This document shows positions 34,542 to 36,933 of a DNA stretch of 36,933 bases, piece after piece. Both the position numbers and the translations under genes were made by a program. The stretch comes from a virus: the UHGV virus genome UHGV-0283826, one strand, 5' to 3'. The stretch's first letter is position 1. The number at the start of each line of letters is the position of its first letter. The notes below the pieces were generated by a model. It made no database searches. It was given only the letters and a program-made list of their open reading frames with translations, and was not told the origin of the DNA.

Positions 34542-34699
34542 TGGATATAAACTGGGCAGAATATATGGTCTCGGCGAGAAAGATGGGAATGAGCGAAGAG
34601 GAATTTTGGAACTCAGATCCCGTCTTTTTTAATGAGTGCCTAGAGGTATTCTGCGAACTAGAAAAAGCGAAAGGAGGGGCTTTGATTGGGGAGTACTGA
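34191..34699 (+). CDS. Tail assembly chaperone G-T fusion product via programmed -1 ribosomal frameshift at A_AAA_AAA (34484..34490)
   Basis: The -1 frame is open from 34484 to the stop at 34697..34699 (...KKRTGEEVCCSKEEEISEVMDINWAEYMVSARKMGMSEEEFWNSDPVFFNECLEVFCELEKAKGGALIGEY). This is the classic conserved gpG/gpGT arrangement upstream of the TMP. Confidence 0.5.
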
Positions 34700-36836
34700 T
34701 TTGAAAACTGTAGGCTTGACATTTAAAGCAGACGGAGCTGTTGACTTTAAGAAATCATTGACAGACGTAAATAATGCAGTGAACGAGAATAGGTCAGCAT
34801 TTAAACTTGCGAAATCCGAGTGGGACAAAAGTACATCATCTGCTGAAAAGCTGAGAGCTACACAGGAATATCTGCAGAATCAGACAGAAGCGTACACGCA
34901 GAAAGTAGATAGGCTGACAGAAATCTTGAAAGCACAGGAGAACGCACAAGTGCGAGATGAAGCTGCTATCTCCAAAACAAGGCAGCAATTGGATAATGCG
35001 AAAGCATCTCTGAATAACTACAAGAGCGGACTTGAAGATGTAAACAAGAAGCTGGAAAGCGGTGCTGCGACACTGGAAGATTACTCCAAGAAGGTTAAGG
35101 ACTTCAGCGATACCACCGGAAAGATTGGAAGTTCACTCACAAAGAATGTGACGGCTCCAGTTGCGGCAGCAGGCGCAGGCATCATGGCATCATGGGCGCA
35201 AGTCGATGAAGGAATGGACATCATCGTGCAGAAGACAGGAGCTACTGGCGATGCGCTGGAAGAAATGCAGGATTCCGCAAGAAATATCGCAAAAACCATT
35301 CCAACAGACTTTGCGACAGCTGGTTCTGCTGTTGGAGAGGTCAACACACGATTCCATCTCACAGGACAAGAACTGGAAGACTTATCGGCAAAGTTTGTTC
35401 GGTTCGCCGAATTAAATGATACAGACGTATCTTCTTCCGTTGATAACACTCAGAAAGTTATTGAGGCATTCAATCTGACAGCTGAAGATGCTGGCGCATT
35501 GCTCGACACAATGAACAAAGTCGGACAGGATACTGGAATCTCAATGGATACTCTATCCTCATCGATGGTGAGCAACGCAGCATCACTCAAGGAACTAGGG
35601 ATGTCTGCAGCAGACGCTGCTACATTTCTCGGTCAGTGCGAGACGTCAGGAGTTGACACAAGTGCAGTTATGGCAGGACTTAAGAAAGCCCTTGTCAATG
35701 CATCAAAAGAGGGCAAGAGCATGAAAGATGCGCTGTCAGAACTGCAAGATACGATGGTTAATGCAGGGAGTTCTTCTGAGGCTTACAATGCTGCGGTTGA
35801 GCTGTTCGGAGCGAAAGCTGGTCCAGCACTCGCAGAGTTCTGCCAAAGTGGAAAGTTAAACTTTGACGAATTAGGCGCATCGCTCAATGATAACCTCGGA
35901 AGTGTCAACGATACGTTTGAAGCTACACTGGATCCGGCTGACCAGTTTAAGTTGACACTGAACGAATTGAAAGATGCTGGATTTGAAGTTGGAAATGCAT
36001 TAGGACCAGTCCTTGCGGATTGTTTACATATTGTCACTCCGATTCTTCATGACATCATTGATGGTTGGAATTCACTGTCTCCTGGTACACAGGAAATGAT
36101 AATCAAGTGTGCGCTGTTGGTTGCAGCACTAGGACCCGTCTTCAGTATAATCAGCAAGGTTTCTGGTGGCGTGTCCACTGTGATTGATGTCACATCAAAG
36201 CTAACGCCAACCATCAGTGGGGCAAAAACAGCCTTCGCAGCATTTAACGCAATTCTTAGGGCAAATCCCATCTTTTTGGTTATTGCAGCTGTTGTTGCGC
36301 TAATTGCAATTTTTGTTACACTCTACACAAAATGCGAGTGGTTCAGAGACGGAGTCAATGCGGTGTTTGCATCGATTTGTGATTTCATCAAGGGAGTAAT
36401 CGACAAAATTAAGGGATTTTTCAACTTTGAATGGAAACTTCCCAAAATTAAACTTCCGCATTTCAAGGCAAGCGGAGAATGGTCGCTTGTCCCACCGAAA
36501 GTTCCAAAGTTTTCGGTCGACTGGTACGCAAACGGCGGTATCTTGAACAGCCCAACTATTTTCGGCATGAACGGAGATAGAGCAATGGGCGGTGGAGAAG
36601 CAGGAGCAGAGGCAGTTCTTCCAATCGACTTGCTGAAGACATACATCCGTGATGAGATGCAGTCCAACAATGCTGCGCTTGCACAGATGATTGCAGAGGC
36701 ACTGTCAGAGCTAACTTTTGTGATTGAAAACAATATTGCGCTTGGAGACAAGAAGCTTGCTGGGATCCTTACGGATGCGGTGATTAAGAAGATGTCTCAG
36801 AACATTAAGTGGAAGAGAGGAGCCGCGGGAGCATGA
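34686..36836 (+). CDS. Tail tape measure protein
   Basis: 716 aa, helical with coiled-coil stretches and hydrophobic segments (ILRANPIFLVIAAVVALIAIFVTLY). TTG start 6 nt after AAGGAGGGG. Confidence 0.85.
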   Translation: MGSTDLKTVGLTFKADGAVDFKKSLTDVNNAVNENRSAFKLAKSEWDKSTSSAEKLRATQEYLQNQTEAYTQKVDRLTEILKAQENAQVRDEAAISKTRQQLDNAKASLNNYKSGLEDVNKKLESGAATLEDYSKKVKDFSDTTGKIGSSLTKNVTAPVAAAGAGIMASWAQVDEGMDIIVQKTGATGDALEEMQDSARNIAKTIPTDFATAGSAVGEVNTRFHLTGQELEDLSAKFVRFAELNDTDVSSSVDNTQKVIEAFNLTAEDAGALLDTMNKVGQDTGISMDTLSSSMVSNAASLKELGMSAADAATFLGQCETSGVDTSAVMAGLKKALVNASKEGKSMKDALSELQDTMVNAGSSSEAYNAAVELFGAKAGPALAEFCQSGKLNFDELGASLNDNLGSVNDTFEATLDPADQFKLTLNELKDAGFEVGNALGPVLADCLHIVTPILHDIIDGWNSLSPGTQEMIIKCALLVAALGPVFSIISKVSGGVSTVIDVTSKLTPTISGAKTAFAAFNAILRANPIFLVIAAVVALIAIFVTLYTKCEWFRDGVNAVFASICDFIKGVIDKIKGFFNFEWKLPKIKLPHFKASGEWSLVPPKVPKFSVDWYANGGILNSPTIFGMNGDRAMGGGEAGAEAVLPIDLLKTYIRDEMQSNNAALAQMIAEALSELTFVIENNIALGDKKLAGILTDAVIKKMSQNIKWKRGAAGA

Positions 36837-36933
36837 TGGAAGTAGAATACAACGGAATATCAGGCTCAAGCATGGAGATCTATGCGAAAGAGCTTCCTTC
36901 AATGCCAACAGCAGTAAGAAAAGAATCTTCGAT
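36833..36933 (+). CDS. Distal tail protein Dit, N-terminal part (continues at window start)
   Basis: ATG at 36833 overlaps the TMP stop (ATGA). 33 codons plus 2 nt join position 1 in frame and yield ...RKESSIEIPGSDGTMYLLDGG..., a Sipho_tail-like N-terminus. Lies directly after the tape measure gene. Confidence 0.7.
   Translation, partial: MMEVEYNGISGSSMEIYAKELPSMPTAVRKESS

Larger units (their letters stand above)
1..36933 (+). mobile_element. Complete temperate phage genome, circularly closed (Dit ORF runs from the window end into the window start)
   Basis: The frame from 36833 continues without a stop through position 1 into ORF 26..598. All siphovirus modules (packaging, head, tail, lysis, lysogeny, replication) are present once. 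Confidence 0.7.

Noticed and set aside
35081-36751. Minus-strand ORFs inside the tape measure gene (35081..35449, 35783..36037, 36323..36751)
   Set aside because: Antisense to a long, well-supported structural gene with Ala/Ser-rich composition. Typical spurious frames.

Overview
This window reads as a complete, circularly closed ~36.9 kb temperate siphovirus-type phage (or excised prophage) from a Firmicutes / Clostridia-like host. The strongest evidence for circular closure is that the last 101 nt (36833..36933) and the first 598 nt form one uninterrupted reading frame encoding a Dit-like distal tail protein. Gene order runs: Dit, Tal and baseplate/collagen-like fibers (1..7300); a DUF4376 protein, a 4-TM protein, a family-4 holin and a GH25 endolysin (7299..10105); a leftward lysogeny module (10274..14811) with a large serine integrase, an unusual two-gene cargo operon (a DUF4236/Ada-Zn membrane protein plus a canonical voltage-gated K+ channel) and an XRE-type CI-like repressor; a genetic switch with two near-consensus divergent promoters (14838..14928); early/replication genes (14962..26377) including a lipoprotein, an HUH rolling-circle Rep, RNase H, a PcfJ-like protein, YopX, an ArpU-like late regulator and many small ORFs; then HNH endonuclease, a candidate cos region, TerS and TerL (26511..29067); an HK97-type head module (portal, ClpP-like protease, major capsid, connectors; 29082..32879); and tail genes ending in a G/G-T chaperone pair and the tape measure (32857..36836). 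No rRNA, tRNA or CRISPR array was seen. The most unusual content is the Kv-channel/DUF4236 cargo operon next to the integrase, a candidate small RNA next to int, BclA-like collagen/C1q fibers sharing a ~200 bp recombination module, and a reverse-strand lectin-like gene after the fibers. All family assignments are from motif recognition by eye; no database search was run.
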